From Syntrophaceae bacterium (GTDB lineage Bacteria; Desulfobacterota; Syntrophia; Syntrophales; UBA2192): a stretch of DNA of 64,000 nucleotides. This document shows, piece after piece, positions 1-10,447 of this stretch. The stretch spans positions 101,244 through 165,243 of the forward strand of contig JABLXY010000003.1 in the NCBI GenBank assembly GCA_013177795.1. The letters run 5' to 3'. Numbering within the stretch: position 1 is the first letter of the stretch; each line of letters starts with the position of its first letter. Made by a program: the position numbers and the translations under genes. Under the pieces are notes generated by a model. That model was not told the origin of the DNA. It saw nothing but the letters and a program-made list of their open reading frames with translations, and did not search any database.

Positions 1-572
1 CCTCGACCTTCGACGAGCCGGCGACCCGCCACGTCCAGGTGGCCGAGATGGTCATCGAGAAGGCCAAGCGCCTCGTGGAGCACCGCAGGGACGTCGTCAT
101 CCTGCTCGACAGCATCACGCGCCTCGCGAGAGCCTACAACACCGTCGTCCCGCCGAGCGGCAAGGTGCTCTCCGGCGGCGTCGACTCCAACGCCCTGCAC
201 AAGCCCAAGCGCTTCTTCGGCGCCGCGCGCAACATCGAGCACGGCGGCAGCCTCACGATCATCGCGACGGCCCTCATCGACACGGGCAGCCGGATGGACG
301 AGGTCATCTTCGAGGAGTTCAAGGGCACGGGCAACATGGAGATCGTCCTGGACCGCCGGATCGCGGACCGGAGAGTCTTCCCGGCCTTCGACCTGATCCG
401 CTCGGGCACCCGCAAGGAGGAGCTGCTCACCCCGAAGGACCAGCTCAACCGCGTCTGGATCCTGCGGCGGCTCCTGCAGGAGATGAACCCCATTGATGCC
501 ATCGAGTTCATCATCGACAAGATGCGCAAGACGCAGACCAACGAGGAATTCTTCGCCTCGATGAACCAGTAG
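1..572 (+). CDS. rho: Transcription termination factor Rho, C-terminal part (5' end lies outside the window)
   Basis: Frame is open from the window edge (codons start at nt 3). Translation [27 protein letters not shown]...[12 protein letters not shown]...[19 protein letters not shown] matches the conserved Rho ATPase core and C-terminus. Confidence 0.95.
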   Translation, partial: STFDEPATRHVQVAEMVIEKAKRLVEHRRDVVILLDSITRLARAYNTVVPPSGKVLSGGVDSNALHKPKRFFGAARNIEHGGSLTIIATALIDTGSRMDEVIFEEFKGTGNMEIVLDRRIADRRVFPAFDLIRSGTRKEELLTPKDQLNRVWILRRLLQEMNPIDAIEFIIDKMRKTQTNEEFFASMNQ

Positions 573-574
573 GA

Positions 575-655
575 CAGGCACCAGGCATCAGGCATCAGCG
601 AACCAGGAAAGAGGGTCCTGCCTTTCCGATGACCCGGTCCCCGTGCCCGGTGCGC
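575..655. repeat. Family A short-period repeat element (7-nt CAGGCAY units, degenerate inverted arm)
   Basis: caggca ccaggcat caggcat cag starts 3 nt after the rho stop. A degenerate complementary arm (cctgcct ... cgtgccc ggtgcgc) lies downstream. Confidence 0.5.
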
Positions 656-686
656 CCGACGAAGCGAAGGGAGCTGAAATTTTTCC

Positions 687-714
687 TTGAAATTCCTCGA
701 ATTTTGACTATACT
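687..714 (+). promoter_or_regulatory. Candidate sigma70 promoter for rpmE
   Basis: TTGAAA (687-692), 16-nt spacer, TATACT (709-714), about 65 nt upstream of the rpmE ATG. Confidence 0.5.
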
Positions 715-778
715 CCCAACCTTCACATGCCGGCCCGGTCGGAAATCGGGCCCACGGCAAGGAGGATAAGAAGACATT

Positions 779-1018
779 ATGAAGGAAGGCATTCACCCCG
801 AATACCACGAGACGACGATCACCTGTGTCTGCGGCAACGTCATCAAGACCCGCTCGACCCGGAAGGACATCAAGATCGAAATCTGCTCCAAGTGTCACCC
901 CTTCATGACGGGCAAGCAGAAGATCATCGACACGGCTGGACGCGTCGACCGCTTCAAGAAAAAGTACGCCGCCCAGGAAGCCGCAAAAGAGGCAGCCCGG
1001 GAAGAGAAGGCGAAGTAG
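779..1018 (+). CDS. rpmE: 50S ribosomal protein L31
   Basis: [20 protein letters not shown]...[13 protein letters not shown] with CxxC...CxxC zinc motifs. AAGGAGG-like SD upstream. Confidence 0.95.
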   Translation: MKEGIHPEYHETTITCVCGNVIKTRSTRKDIKIEICSKCHPFMTGKQKIIDTAGRVDRFKKKYAAQEAAKEAAREEKAK

Positions 1019-1233
1019 CGACAACCCGGCGCCCCGTTGCCGATGCGCAGCGGGGCGGACCTGTCTTCCGGGCCCGGACCCGAACGCCATGACCTCGATG
1101 ACCCGACCGACCGTTCCCCCTCACCCGAGGAGCCGCTTCCTCTAGGGCGCCGCAGACGCGCTCACCCGTTCGTATGCCGCCCGGAAGGCGGCGTCCCCTC
1201 ATCACCCACAACCGCCACAGGGAACGCAGCAAT

Positions 1234-2307
1234 ATGTTTCAGCGCATCAAGGACATCGAAAAGCGCTACGAGGAGCTCGAGAGGCTCCTGAGCGATCCCG
1301 CTGTGATCGCCAACCGCGCCGAGTACCAGAGGCTCAGCAAGGAACACGCCGATTTGACGCCGCTCGTCGAGACGTTCCGTGACTACGAGAAGACGTGCCG
1401 CCAGCTCGACGAGGCCCAGCAGATGCTGCGGGAAGGCGACGAGGGGCTCCGGGAGCTGGCCAAGGAGGAGATCCCTGCGCTCAAGGGGAGGATCGAGGAA
1501 CTCGAACAGCGCCTCACGGTCCTGCTGCTTCCCAAAGACCCGAACGACGAGAAGAACGTCATCCTCGAGATCCGGGCCGGCACGGGCGGCGACGAGGCGG
1601 GCCTGTTCGCCGCCGACCTGTTCCGCATGTATGCCCGTTTCGCCGAGCTGTCGGGCTGGCGCGTCGAGGTGCTCAGCTCCAGCTCCGCCTCGGGCATGGG
1701 CGGCTTCAAGGAAGTCATCGCCATGATCGAGGGCCGCGGCGCGTACAGCCGCCTCAAGTACGAAAGCGGCGTCCACCGGGTCCAGCGCGTCCCCGTCACC
1801 GAGGCCCAGGGCCGGATCCACACCTCGGCCGTCACGGTGGCCGTTCTGCCCGAGGCCGAGGAGGTGGATGTGCAGATCGACCCCAACGACATCCGGGTGG
1901 ACGTCTTCCGGTCGGGCGGCCACGGGGGGCAGAGCGTCAACACGACGGATTCGGCCGTGCGGGTCACCCACCTCCCCACGGGCCTCGTCGTGAGCTGCCA
2001 GGACGAAAAATCCCAGCTCAAGAACAAGGCCAAGGCCCTGAAGGTCCTGCGGGCGCGCCTGCTGGACAAGATGCAGGCCGAAAGCGCCGCCCAGATGTCC
2101 GAGGCGCGCCGCAAGCAGGTGGGCACCGGCGACCGCAGCGAGCGCATCCGGACCTACAATTTCCCCCAGGGGCGCGTGACGGACCACCGCATCGGGCTCA
2201 CCCTTTACAACCTCCAGGCCATCCTCGACGGGGAGCTCCAGCCCGTGATCGACGCCCTGGCGACCCACTACCAGACGGAGGAGCTGAAAAAGACGGCGGC
2301 CGGATAG
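1234..2307 (+). CDS. prfA: Peptide chain release factor 1
   Basis: [19 protein letters not shown] start and GGQ motif ([17 protein letters not shown]). The ATG at 1234 is chosen over the upstream Arg/Pro-rich extension of the tracked ORF. Confidence 0.95.
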   Translation: MFQRIKDIEKRYEELERLLSDPAVIANRAEYQRLSKEHADLTPLVETFRDYEKTCRQLDEAQQMLREGDEGLRELAKEEIPALKGRIEELEQRLTVLLLPKDPNDEKNVILEIRAGTGGDEAGLFAADLFRMYARFAELSGWRVEVLSSSSASGMGGFKEVIAMIEGRGAYSRLKYESGVHRVQRVPVTEAQGRIHTSAVTVAVLPEAEEVDVQIDPNDIRVDVFRSGGHGGQSVNTTDSAVRVTHLPTGLVVSCQDEKSQLKNKAKALKVLRARLLDKMQAESAAQMSEARRKQVGTGDRSERIRTYNFPQGRVTDHRIGLTLYNLQAILDGELQPVIDALATHYQTEELKKTAAG

Positions 2308-2337
2308 CCGCCCTGCGCGCTGAGAAAGGGGCAGGGG

Positions 2338-3219
2338 ATGTCACAGGAAGCCAAGCGCTCCATCTCCCGGATTCTTTCCCGTCTCACCGAGGTCTTCGAA
2401 CGGGCGGGCATCGAGACCCCGAGGCTCGACGCCGAGGTCCTGCTCGGCTTCTGCCTGGGCAAGGACCGCGCCGAGCTCTACCGCGATCTTTCCGTCGAGC
2501 TGGACAACGAGCAGATCCTCCGGGTCCTCGAGCTGGCCGGGAGGCGCAAGCGCAGGGAGCCCATGGCCTACATCCGGGGCTTCCGCGAGTTCTGGTCCCT
2601 CGAGTTTGCCGTAACACCCGCCGTCCTCGTCCCCCGGCCGGAGACGGAGTGCCTCGTCGAGGAGGTCCTTGCGCTCCGCGACGCCTACCGGGGGGTGCAG
2701 GCGCGGATCCTCGACATCGGTGCGGGATCGGGCGCCGTGGGCATCGCGGTGGCCTCGGAGTGGCCCGGCTGCGACATGACGGCCACGGAATGCTCTGCGG
2801 CGGCCCTCGAGGTGGCCCGCGAAAACGCGCGGCGGCTCCTCGGGGAGAGCCGGCCGATCACCTTCGTGCAGGGCGATTGCTACGAGGGGACCGAGGGCGC
2901 CTTCGACATCGTCTGCTCGAACCCCCCCTACATCAGCGAGGCCGAATACGAGACGCTGGCCCGCGAGGTGACGCTCTACGAGCCGCGGGAGGCCCTCGTG
3001 GCGGGGCCCGAGGGGACCGAGTTCCACCGGCGCATCGCCGAGGGCGCGCGGGAGAGGCTCAAGCCCGGCGGCTGGCTCCTCATGGAGATGGGGGCGGGGC
3101 AGCGGGCGGCCCTCACGGAGATCCTGGAACAGACGGGGCTGTTCGAAGGGGTCCGGTTCCGCACGGACCTGGCCGGCCTCGACCGGGTGGTGATTGCGAG
3201 AAGGAAAGGAATCGTGTAG
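2338..3219 (+). CDS. prmC: Release factor glutamine N5-methyltransferase (PrmC/HemK)
   Basis: SAM-binding [10 protein letters not shown] and the catalytic NPPY motif (CSNPPYISE). Located directly after prfA. Confidence 0.9.
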   Translation: MSQEAKRSISRILSRLTEVFERAGIETPRLDAEVLLGFCLGKDRAELYRDLSVELDNEQILRVLELAGRRKRREPMAYIRGFREFWSLEFAVTPAVLVPRPETECLVEEVLALRDAYRGVQARILDIGAGSGAVGIAVASEWPGCDMTATECSAAALEVARENARRLLGESRPITFVQGDCYEGTEGAFDIVCSNPPYISEAEYETLAREVTLYEPREALVAGPEGTEFHRRIAEGARERLKPGGWLLMEMGAGQRAALTEILEQTGLFEGVRFRTDLAGLDRVVIARRKGIV

Positions 3220-3439
3220 TAGGAAGGCAGCAGGATTCTTCCTGCGAATAGACGCTTTTGGACCGCTCTCCATCTCGTTCCATTGCAGACGCAAAAACTC
3301 GCCCCCTGGGCTCAAACAATTTGCGCTGCCACCGCTCCACTTCGATAAGAGCGGTTGCCCAAAAGACGCCTCACTTCGCATCCTGAATCCCGCCCCCTTC
3401 CTGCGACAGGGTGTAAGAATTTCTTTTGGAGATCATCTG

Positions 3440-4693
3440 TTGGACAAATTCATCATCGAAGGCGGGAAAAAGCTGGAGGGACGCGTGCGGATCAGCGGCT
3501 CGAAGAACGCCGCCCTGCCCGTCCTCGTGTCCTCGCTTCTCGCCGACGGCTGGAGCACCTACCGCAACATCCCCGACCTCGCCGATATCCGGACGATCAA
3601 GAAGCTCCTGGCCAACCACGGGGCACAGATGGAGGGCGAGGGCGAGACCCTGCGCATCAACGGTGGCAACATCGCCAACTGCGAGGCGCCCTACGACCTG
3701 GTGCGGACCATGCGCGCCTCCGTCCTCGTCCTCGGGCCGCTGGTCGCGCGGATGGGGCAGGCCAGGGTGTCGCTTCCCGGCGGCTGCGCCATCGGCGCCC
3801 GCCCGATCAACCTCCACCTCAAGGCCCTCGAGGCCATGGGGGCCGAGATCGATCTCAGGGAGGGCTACGTGGAGGCGAAGGCCAGGCGTCTCAGGGGGGC
3901 CCGGATCTACTTCGACATCTCCACCGTGGGGGGCACGGAGAACATCATGATGGCGGCGGTCCTCGCCAAGGGGACCACCCGGCTGGAGAACGCCGCCAAG
4001 GAGCCCGAGGTCGTCAACCTCGCCGATGCGCTCAAGGCCATGGGGGCGAGGATCCAGGGAGCGGGCACCGACGTGATCACCATCGAGGGCGTCGAGAGCC
4101 TCAAGCCCTGCGAGGTCAGCGTCATCCCCGACCGGATCGAGGCGGGGACCTTCCTCATCGCCGCGGCCATCACGGGAGGCGACGTCGTCCTCGAGGGCTG
4201 CAACCCGGAACACCTCGAAGCCCTCATCCTGAAGCTGCAGGAAGCGGGGATCTCCGTCGAGGCGGCCGAGGGCGGCCTCAGGGTCCGGGGCGCGCCGGAG
4301 ATCCAGAGCGTCGATGTCAAGACCCTGCCCTACCCGGGGTTCCCCACGGACCTGCAGGCCCAGATGATGGCCCTGATGGCCGTCTCGCGGGGATCGAGCG
4401 TGATCACGGAGACCATCTTCGAGAACCGGTTCATGCACGTGGCGGAGCTTCGGCGCCTCGGGGCCAACATTGCCGTCGAGGGACACAACGCCGTCGTCAA
4501 GGGGGTCAAAAGGCTCAAGGGGGCACCCGTCATGGCGACGGACCTGCGGGCCTCGGCCTCGCTGGTCGTGGCGGGGCTCGTGGCGGAGGGCAGGACGACC
4601 CTGTCCCGCGTCTATCACATCGACCGGGGATACCAGGCGATCGAGAAGAAGCTCACCGCTCTCGGGGCGAGCATCCAAAGGGTCAAGGGATAA
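3440..4693 (+). CDS. murA: UDP-N-acetylglucosamine 1-carboxyvinyltransferase
   Basis: With the TTG start at 3440 the protein begins [27 protein letters not shown], like canonical MurA. It also has the active-site region [15 protein letters not shown]. The upstream part of the tracked ORF is non-homologous. Confidence 0.9.
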   Translation: MDKFIIEGGKKLEGRVRISGSKNAALPVLVSSLLADGWSTYRNIPDLADIRTIKKLLANHGAQMEGEGETLRINGGNIANCEAPYDLVRTMRASVLVLGPLVARMGQARVSLPGGCAIGARPINLHLKALEAMGAEIDLREGYVEAKARRLRGARIYFDISTVGGTENIMMAAVLAKGTTRLENAAKEPEVVNLADALKAMGARIQGAGTDVITIEGVESLKPCEVSVIPDRIEAGTFLIAAAITGGDVVLEGCNPEHLEALILKLQEAGISVEAAEGGLRVRGAPEIQSVDVKTLPYPGFPTDLQAQMMALMAVSRGSSVITETIFENRFMHVAELRRLGANIAVEGHNAVVKGVKRLKGAPVMATDLRASASLVVAGLVAEGRTTLSRVYHIDRGYQAIEKKLTALGASIQRVKG

Positions 4694-4792
4694 TCACGGC
4701 AGCCGCAAGCCGCGGGCAGCAAGGCAGGCAAGCCTTGCCGGTCGATGCTCGAGGCCTGCTGCCCGAAGCGCGGCGGGAAGGGAAACAGGATC

Positions 4793-6088
4793 ATGCGGAT
4801 CGTGCGGACATCGGACAGGGGCTTTGAGCGGGAGTTCAAGCGGATCGTCAGCCGGGGGAAATCCTTCGACCCGGCCTTCGAAAAGAAGGTCTTCGCCATC
4901 CTCCGGGACGTGGAGAGGCGGGGCGACAGGGCCCTGTTTGCCTACACGAAGCGATTCGACGGCGTGGCGCTGACCGAAAAGACCGTCGAGGTCTCCCCCC
5001 TCGAGATCCGCGAGGCCCTGTGCGCGGTACCGGAGCAGGGGCGGGCGGTCCTGGAGCTGGCGGCTGGACGCATCGAGCAGTACCACAAGCGGCAGAGGCT
5101 CGAGAGCTGGTCCTACACGCGGGCAGGCGTCGAGCTCGGCCAGAAGATAGTCCCCCTCGACCGCGTGGGGATCTACGTTCCCGGCGGCCTTGCCGCGTAC
5201 CCCTCGACGGTGCTCATGGCGGCCATCCCCGCGAGGATCGCCGGGGTCAGGGAAATCGTCATGACGAGCCCCGTCGGCCAAGGAGGGCTCAACCCCATCC
5301 TCGCGGCGGCGGCGCAGATCGCAGGCGTCGACCGGATCTTCAAGGTGGGCGGCGCCCAGGCCGTGGCGGCCATGGCGTACGGGACGCGATCCGTTCCGGC
5401 CGTCGACAAGATCGTGGGGCCGGGCAACGCCTGGGTGGCGACGGCCAAGAAGCTCGTTTTCGGGCGCACGGGGATCGACATGATCGCGGGGCCCAGCGAG
5501 ATCCTCGTCATCGCCGACGCATCGGCCGACCCCGCGGTCGCCGCGGCGGACCTGCTCTCCCAGGCCGAGCACGACGCGCTGGCGAGCGCCGTCCTCGTCA
5601 CGCCCGACGAAGACCTCGCGAAGCGGGTCCTGGCCGAGGTGAAGGGGCAGCTCCGGAGACTCTCCCGGGAGTCCATCGCCGCGCAGGCGATCAGGGAGTA
5701 CGGCCTTGTCGTGGTGACGCAGGACCTGGCGGAGGCCGTCGAGGTGGCCAACCGGTTCGCGCCCGAGCACCTGGAGCTTCTCGTGACGGACCCGAAATCG
5801 CTGCTCCGCGGGATCCGCAACGCCGGCGCCGTCTTTCTCGGCCACCACACCCCCGAGGCCCTGGGCGATTACCTGGCGGGCCCCAACCACATCCTCCCCA
5901 CGGGGGGGACGGCCCGGTTCTCATCGCCGCTGGGGGTCTATGATTTCGTCAAGCGGATCAGTCTGCTTTCCTTCGACGCCAAGGCGCTCGCCAAGTTCGG
6001 CAAACCGGCGGCGGCATTTGCCGCGATGGAAGGCCTCGACGCCCACGGTCAGTCCATCCTGGCGAGGCTAAGGGCAAAAAAATCTTGA
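4793..6088 (+). CDS. hisD: Histidinol dehydrogenase
   Basis: Conserved IDMIAGPSEILVIAD, QAEHD and NHILPT motifs. The ATG at 4793 gives MRIVRTSD. Confidence 0.92.
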   Translation: MRIVRTSDRGFEREFKRIVSRGKSFDPAFEKKVFAILRDVERRGDRALFAYTKRFDGVALTEKTVEVSPLEIREALCAVPEQGRAVLELAAGRIEQYHKRQRLESWSYTRAGVELGQKIVPLDRVGIYVPGGLAAYPSTVLMAAIPARIAGVREIVMTSPVGQGGLNPILAAAAQIAGVDRIFKVGGAQAVAAMAYGTRSVPAVDKIVGPGNAWVATAKKLVFGRTGIDMIAGPSEILVIADASADPAVAAADLLSQAEHDALASAVLVTPDEDLAKRVLAEVKGQLRRLSRESIAAQAIREYGLVVVTQDLAEAVEVANRFAPEHLELLVTDPKSLLRGIRNAGAVFLGHHTPEALGDYLAGPNHILPTGGTARFSSPLGVYDFVKRISLLSFDAKALAKFGKPAAAFAAMEGLDAHGQSILARLRAKKS

Positions 6089-6112
6089 CAAATCGGCCAA
6101 TCCGGTTAATTT
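6085..6112 (+). promoter_or_regulatory. Candidate sigma70 promoter for tRNA-Gly
   Basis: TTGACA (6085-6090, containing the hisD TGA stop), 16-nt spacer, weak -10 TAATTT (6107-6112), about 38 nt upstream of the tRNA. Confidence 0.3.
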
Positions 6113-6149
6113 AGGGCTCTCTTTCAAAATCGGTTGTTTCCCTTCAAGA

Positions 6150-6224
6150 GCGGGCGTAATTCAGAGGCAGAATGTCAGCTTCCCAAGCTGAACGTCGTGG
6201 GTTCGATTCCCATCGCCCGCTCCA
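6150..6224 (+). tRNA. tRNA-Gly (anticodon CCC)
   Basis: Hand-folded cloverleaf. Acceptor GCGGGCG/CGCCCGC, D arm ATTC/GAAT, anticodon stem TCAGC/GCTGA with loop TTCCCAA, T arm GTGGG-TTCGATT-CCCAT, discriminator T, encoded CCA. Confidence 0.9.
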
Positions 6225-6322
6225 GAGCATTCAAAGGGTTAAGCGACTCGGCTTGGCCCTTTTTCTTTGTGACAAGGCGTGTGGCGGCCCCGGGCGGCGA
6301 CACGTCCGACAGGAACGGCATC

Positions 6323-7228
6323 ATGCTGAATTTTCTTCCGTCCTATCTGGTGGGAGCCATCGCGGCATTTCTCCTGGCCCTCAACGTGTTGGTGTGGGTG
6401 ACCGTCCTGTTCGTCTTCGCCGTCCCGAAATTCCTCCTGCCGTACCCGCCCCTGACCCGGGCGCTGAACCGGGTCCTCCACTGGATCGGGGAGAACTGGA
6501 TCGCCTGCAACAGCGCCTGGATGCGCCTGACGCAAAAAACGAAGTGGGACGTGCAGGGGCTGGAGGGCCTGAACTATCACGGGTGGTACCTGGTCGTCAG
6601 CAACCACCAGAGCTGGGTGGACATCTTCGTGATGCAGCACCTGCTCAACCGCCGCATCCCCCTGCTGAAGTTCTTCATCAAGCGGGAGCTGATCAGGGTG
6701 CCGCTGATGGGATTCGCCTGGTGGGCTCTGGATTACCCGTTCCTGTACCGCCACAGCGCCGCGTACCTGGAAAAGCACCCCGAGCAGCGGGGCAAGGATT
6801 ACGACGCCACGCGCCGGGCCTGCGCGAAATTCGCCACCGTCTCCACGAGCGTCATGAATTTCCTCGAGGGGACGCGCTTCACGAAGGCCAAGCACGAGCG
6901 GCAGCAGAGCGAGTACAAACACCTCTTGCGCCCCAAGGCCGGGGGGCTCGCCCTGGCCCTCAACGCGCTGGGCGACAAGTTTCACTCCCTGCTGGACATG
7001 ACCATCGTCTACCCCGACGGGATCCCGACCTTCTGGGAGTTCATGTGCGGCAGGCTCAGGCGCATCATCGTGCGCATGAGAACCATCGAAATCCCGCGGG
7101 AGCTGATGCGCGGCGACTACGAGGGCGACCCTTCCTTCCGGGAGGCCATGCACCGGTGGGTGCAGCAGCTGTGGCAGGAGAAGGACGCCCGGATCGAGGC
7201 CCTTCTCGCAGAGGCAGGGTCGGGTTGA
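6323..7228 (+). CDS. PlsC/YihG-type acyltransferase (lysophospholipid acyltransferase family), membrane anchored
   Basis: N-terminal hydrophobic helix, HX4D motif NHQSWVD and a later EGTRF motif. The start at 6323 avoids overlap with the tRNA. Confidence 0.8.
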   Translation: MLNFLPSYLVGAIAAFLLALNVLVWVTVLFVFAVPKFLLPYPPLTRALNRVLHWIGENWIACNSAWMRLTQKTKWDVQGLEGLNYHGWYLVVSNHQSWVDIFVMQHLLNRRIPLLKFFIKRELIRVPLMGFAWWALDYPFLYRHSAAYLEKHPEQRGKDYDATRRACAKFATVSTSVMNFLEGTRFTKAKHERQQSEYKHLLRPKAGGLALALNALGDKFHSLLDMTIVYPDGIPTFWEFMCGRLRRIIVRMRTIEIPRELMRGDYEGDPSFREAMHRWVQQLWQEKDARIEALLAEAGSG

Positions 7229-7249
7229 CCAAGATCGGGGATCGAGAGG

Positions 7250-8497
7250 ATGGAACGGGCAGGGCTGGGAGGCTTTGACTGGGGCAGGGGCCGATGGGAG
7301 AACGCCGCGGTCCCGCAGGCCCGGGCCGAGATCATCATCGCCTCGGACTGGGCCCCCATCCGCGCCTTCGACGGGATCGTCGCAGAGACGCCCGAGGCGG
7401 TCTACGGCGACCTGATGCCGGTTCTTCGCCGGTGCGACCTGCGCATCGTCAACCTGGAGTGCGCGCTCTCGGGGGACGCCGCCCCGGTCTGGAAGAGCGG
7501 CTCCGTCTTCAAGGGCCGCCCGGAGCACATCCGCGGGCTGACGTCGGTCCCCTTCGAGGCCGTCACGCTTGCGAACAATCACGTCTTCGATTACGGGCCG
7601 GAAGCCTTCAGGCAAACCCTGGAACTGCTCGAACGGCACTCCATCCGCACCGTCGGGGCGGGCATGTCCCCCGAGGAGGCCTGCCGGCCCCTCGTCCTCG
7701 AGGTGAGGGGGATCCGCATCGGGATCGTCAACTTCAGCGAGGGCGAGGACCTGACGGCCGCCGTCTCGGGCCCCGGCGTCTTCGGGTGGGACATCGGCGC
7801 CGTCACGGAGAGCGTCCGCGCCGTCCGGCCCGGCGTGGACATCGTCCTGGTCGTCTGCCACGGCGGGGTCGAGTACATCCCCTTCCCGCCGCCCTATCTT
7901 GCGGCGGCCTTCGGCCGCATCGCCTCGGCCGGGGCCGATCTCATCGTCTGCCATCACGCCCACGTCCCGCAGGGGATCCAGTTCGCAGGCGGCGTGCCCG
8001 TCTGCTACAGCCTGGGGAACTTCGTCTTCTGGCAGGAGACGGACCTGCTCTACCGCAAGCTGGGATACCTGGTGAAGGCCGGTGTTGCGCGGGAGGGGCT
8101 CTCGCACATCGAGATCGTTCCCTACGACATCGGGCCCGATAGTCTCCGGCTGCTCCGGGGCGCTGAATCGGCGGGGTTCTTCGAAGCCCTGAAAAAGGTC
8201 ACGCTGCCGCTCGCGGAGCGGAACGGCATAGCCGATGCCTGGCACGGGTATCTGCGATATTACGGCATCAAGGGCTTCCGCGACGAGATCGCGATGATCT
8301 TGGCCCGGATGGATCAGGAGCCCGCCAAGGGCGCAGCCATGATGCGCAACCGCATCGCAACCATGCAGCACCGGGAGCTCTGGGTCGACGCGATGACGCG
8401 GATCATGGAGGGGAGCATCGACGAAGCGCCCCAGTGGGCCTACGACCTGGCCGTCGAGTGGCTCACCCGGAAGCGGCCTGCGCGGGGAGCGCGGTGA
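7250..8497 (+). CDS. CapA/PGA_cap-family metallophosphoesterase-like protein
   Basis: Motif pattern typical of CapA: NLECALS, TLANNHVFDYG, GAG, VVCHGGVEY, CHHAHVPQG, YSLGNFVF. Confidence 0.7.
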   Translation: MERAGLGGFDWGRGRWENAAVPQARAEIIIASDWAPIRAFDGIVAETPEAVYGDLMPVLRRCDLRIVNLECALSGDAAPVWKSGSVFKGRPEHIRGLTSVPFEAVTLANNHVFDYGPEAFRQTLELLERHSIRTVGAGMSPEEACRPLVLEVRGIRIGIVNFSEGEDLTAAVSGPGVFGWDIGAVTESVRAVRPGVDIVLVVCHGGVEYIPFPPPYLAAAFGRIASAGADLIVCHHAHVPQGIQFAGGVPVCYSLGNFVFWQETDLLYRKLGYLVKAGVAREGLSHIEIVPYDIGPDSLRLLRGAESAGFFEALKKVTLPLAERNGIADAWHGYLRYYGIKGFRDEIAMILARMDQEPAKGAAMMRNRIATMQHRELWVDAMTRIMEGSIDEAPQWAYDLAVEWLTRKRPARGAR

Positions 8498-8498
8498 G

Positions 8499-9407
8499 AT
8501 GAGCGCCGTTGCGACGAAAGAGCATCTTTCGCTGCTCATCGCCGACTCGGGCATGGGCGGCCTCTCGATTTGCGCGGACATCGTCAGGGGCCTGCAGGCG
8601 AAAGGGGGGGGCCGCTCCGTGTCCCTGACCTACTTCAACGCCTGGCCGGAACAGGACCGCGGCTACAACCGCCTGCCCGGGATGGCCGAGCGCATCCGCG
8701 TCTTTGACCGGGCCCTCTCGGCCATGCTGCGCTTCGGGCCCGACCGGATCCTGATTGCCTGCAACACCCTCTCGGCGCTCTATCCCGACACACCCTTCAG
8801 CCGGCGGGCCCCCGTGCCGGTGACGGACATCATCGGGTTCGCCGTCGATCTGATGCACGCGTACCTGAGCGCACGGGCGGAGGGCCGCGTCATCCTCCTC
8901 GGCACGCCGACCACCGTCGAGGCGGGCACCCACCGGGCGCGCCTCGTCGACCGGGGCATCGACCCGGGCCGCATCGTCTGCCAGCCCTGCGACCGGCTCG
9001 CCGGGGAGATCGAAAAGGCGCCCGAGGGCGCAACCGTCCGGGCCATGATCGAGGACTGCGTGGGACAGGCCGCAGGGAGAATCACGGACAGGCGCCTGCC
9101 CGTGGCGGCCGCCCTGTGCTGCACGCACTACGGGTACAGCCGGCGCCTCTTCGAGGAGGCCCTGCAGGCCCGCTTCGAAGGCCCCGTCGAGATCCTCGAC
9201 CCCAACCGGGCGATGAGCGAGGGGGTGCTTGCCGAATTTCCCGCCCGGGGCGGGGGGGAGGTCCGCATCGACCTGCAGGTCGTCTCGCGGATCGCCTGGA
9301 GCGGGGAGAAGATCGGGGCGATCGCGCGCCTGCTGGAGGCGGCGTCGCCCCTGACGGCGCACGCATTGAGAACATACCGGCACGACCCGGAACTGTTTAC
9401 ATTCTGA
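8499..9407 (+). CDS. Asp/Glu racemase family protein (glutamate racemase-like)
   Basis: IADSGMGGLS near the N-terminus and both catalytic Cys motifs (IACNTLS and CCTHYG), as in MurI. Confidence 0.7.
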   Translation: MSAVATKEHLSLLIADSGMGGLSICADIVRGLQAKGGGRSVSLTYFNAWPEQDRGYNRLPGMAERIRVFDRALSAMLRFGPDRILIACNTLSALYPDTPFSRRAPVPVTDIIGFAVDLMHAYLSARAEGRVILLGTPTTVEAGTHRARLVDRGIDPGRIVCQPCDRLAGEIEKAPEGATVRAMIEDCVGQAAGRITDRRLPVAAALCCTHYGYSRRLFEEALQARFEGPVEILDPNRAMSEGVLAEFPARGGGEVRIDLQVVSRIAWSGEKIGAIARLLEAASPLTAHALRTYRHDPELFTF

Positions 9408-9425
9408 CGTGGAGGAGAGACCTGC

Positions 9426-10418
9426 ATGCGGAAGGTGCTGATCGTGACGGGCCCCGGCGGGGATGCCCAGGGCTGGGGCGACATGAAGGTGACCCAGACG
9501 ATGTGCGAGACGCTCAACTCGGGCGACCTGGCGGCGGAGATCGCCTACGTGACGACGACGGAGGAGTTCCTGCAGGCCCTCTCGAGCCGCCGCTACGACA
9601 TCGTCTGGAGCGCCCTGTACTACATCTCGCAGCGCGAGGACATCATCGGCCTCGGTGCGGACAACGAGTGGGTCGCCGACATGCTCGACGAGAGGGGCAT
9701 CCCGTACATCGGCCCCAACGCGCAGACCATGAAGGACCTGATCCAGAAATACGAGACGCACCGGATCATGCACGAAAACGGCGTGCTCGTCCCGGCCTTC
9801 GCCCTGGTGTCCCCCGGCGACGCGCTGCCGGAGGTGTCCTTCCCCGCCTTCGTCAAGCCCAACTGCGAGTCCCGCTCCGTCGGGATCAGCGACGACAGCG
9901 TCGTCCACAATCCCGAGGAGCTGGCGAAGCGCATCCGATACGTCCACGAGAAGCTCGAGCAGGCCGCGCTCGTCGAGGAGTTCCTGCCGGGCGAGGAGTA
10001 CACGGTCCTCATGCTCGGAAACGGCAGGCTGCAGGAGATCCTCCCCGGCCTCGTCACCGTAGACAGGTCCCACTTCGGCAGGCATCAGATCCTGCGAAGC
10101 GATCTTCGGGGGGTGGGGCTGACGAAGATCAGCATCCCCACGGACAAGCAAAGGGCCCAGGAGGCCCGGGAGCTGACGAAGAAGGCCACCGACGCCCTGA
10201 AGTGCTGGGACCACGTGCGGGTCGACATGCGCGTCGACGCGCAGGGGCGCCTGCGTGTGATGGAGGTCAACGGCATCCCGGGGCTCAAGCCCGTGAAGAG
10301 CTGGAGCCCGCAGATCTACTCGCTCTACCACCCCTCCCCGGGCGGGCCCATGGAGGAGTACCGCAACATGCTCCACCTGATCGTCCACTCCGCCCTGGAG
10401 CGGCACGGGCTTCGTTGA
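9426..10418 (+). CDS. ATP-grasp carboxylate-amine ligase (D-Ala-D-Ala ligase-like)
   Basis: FPAFVKPNCESRSVGIS, EEFLPGEEYTV and RVDMRVDAQGRLRVMEVNGIPGL match the Ddl-type ATP-grasp core. GGAGGAG SD lies upstream. Confidence 0.75.
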   Translation: MRKVLIVTGPGGDAQGWGDMKVTQTMCETLNSGDLAAEIAYVTTTEEFLQALSSRRYDIVWSALYYISQREDIIGLGADNEWVADMLDERGIPYIGPNAQTMKDLIQKYETHRIMHENGVLVPAFALVSPGDALPEVSFPAFVKPNCESRSVGISDDSVVHNPEELAKRIRYVHEKLEQAALVEEFLPGEEYTVLMLGNGRLQEILPGLVTVDRSHFGRHQILRSDLRGVGLTKISIPTDKQRAQEARELTKKATDALKCWDHVRVDMRVDAQGRLRVMEVNGIPGLKPVKSWSPQIYSLYHPSPGGPMEEYRNMLHLIVHSALERHGLR

Positions 10419-10447
10419 GAGAAGAGGAGCGGAAGCGGGATAGAGCC

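Noticed and set aside
1395-3251. 618-aa alternate-frame plus-strand ORF across prfA and prmC.
   Set aside because: The translation is extremely Arg/Pro/Gly-rich. It shares DNA with two well-supported genes in other frames.
6134-6322. N-terminal extension of the acyltransferase ORF.
   Set aside because: It would be translated through the tRNA-Gly gene (6150-6224). The internal ATG at 6323 gives a normal hydrophobic N-terminus.
6239-8581. 780-aa ORF on the minus strand, antisense to the acyltransferase and CapA-like genes.
   Set aside because: Its composition is dominated by Arg/Pro/Gly/Ala/Asp/Val with no recognisable motifs. It fully overlaps two plus-strand genes that carry clear family motifs. 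This is a typical stop-codon-poor antisense frame in GC-rich DNA.
9116-10447. Upstream 444 codons of the 722-aa tracked ORF that ends as the FGase-family gene.
   Set aside because: This part overlaps the racemase and ATP-grasp genes out of frame and is Arg/Pro/Gly-rich. Protein-like sequence with family motifs begins only at the ATG at 10448.
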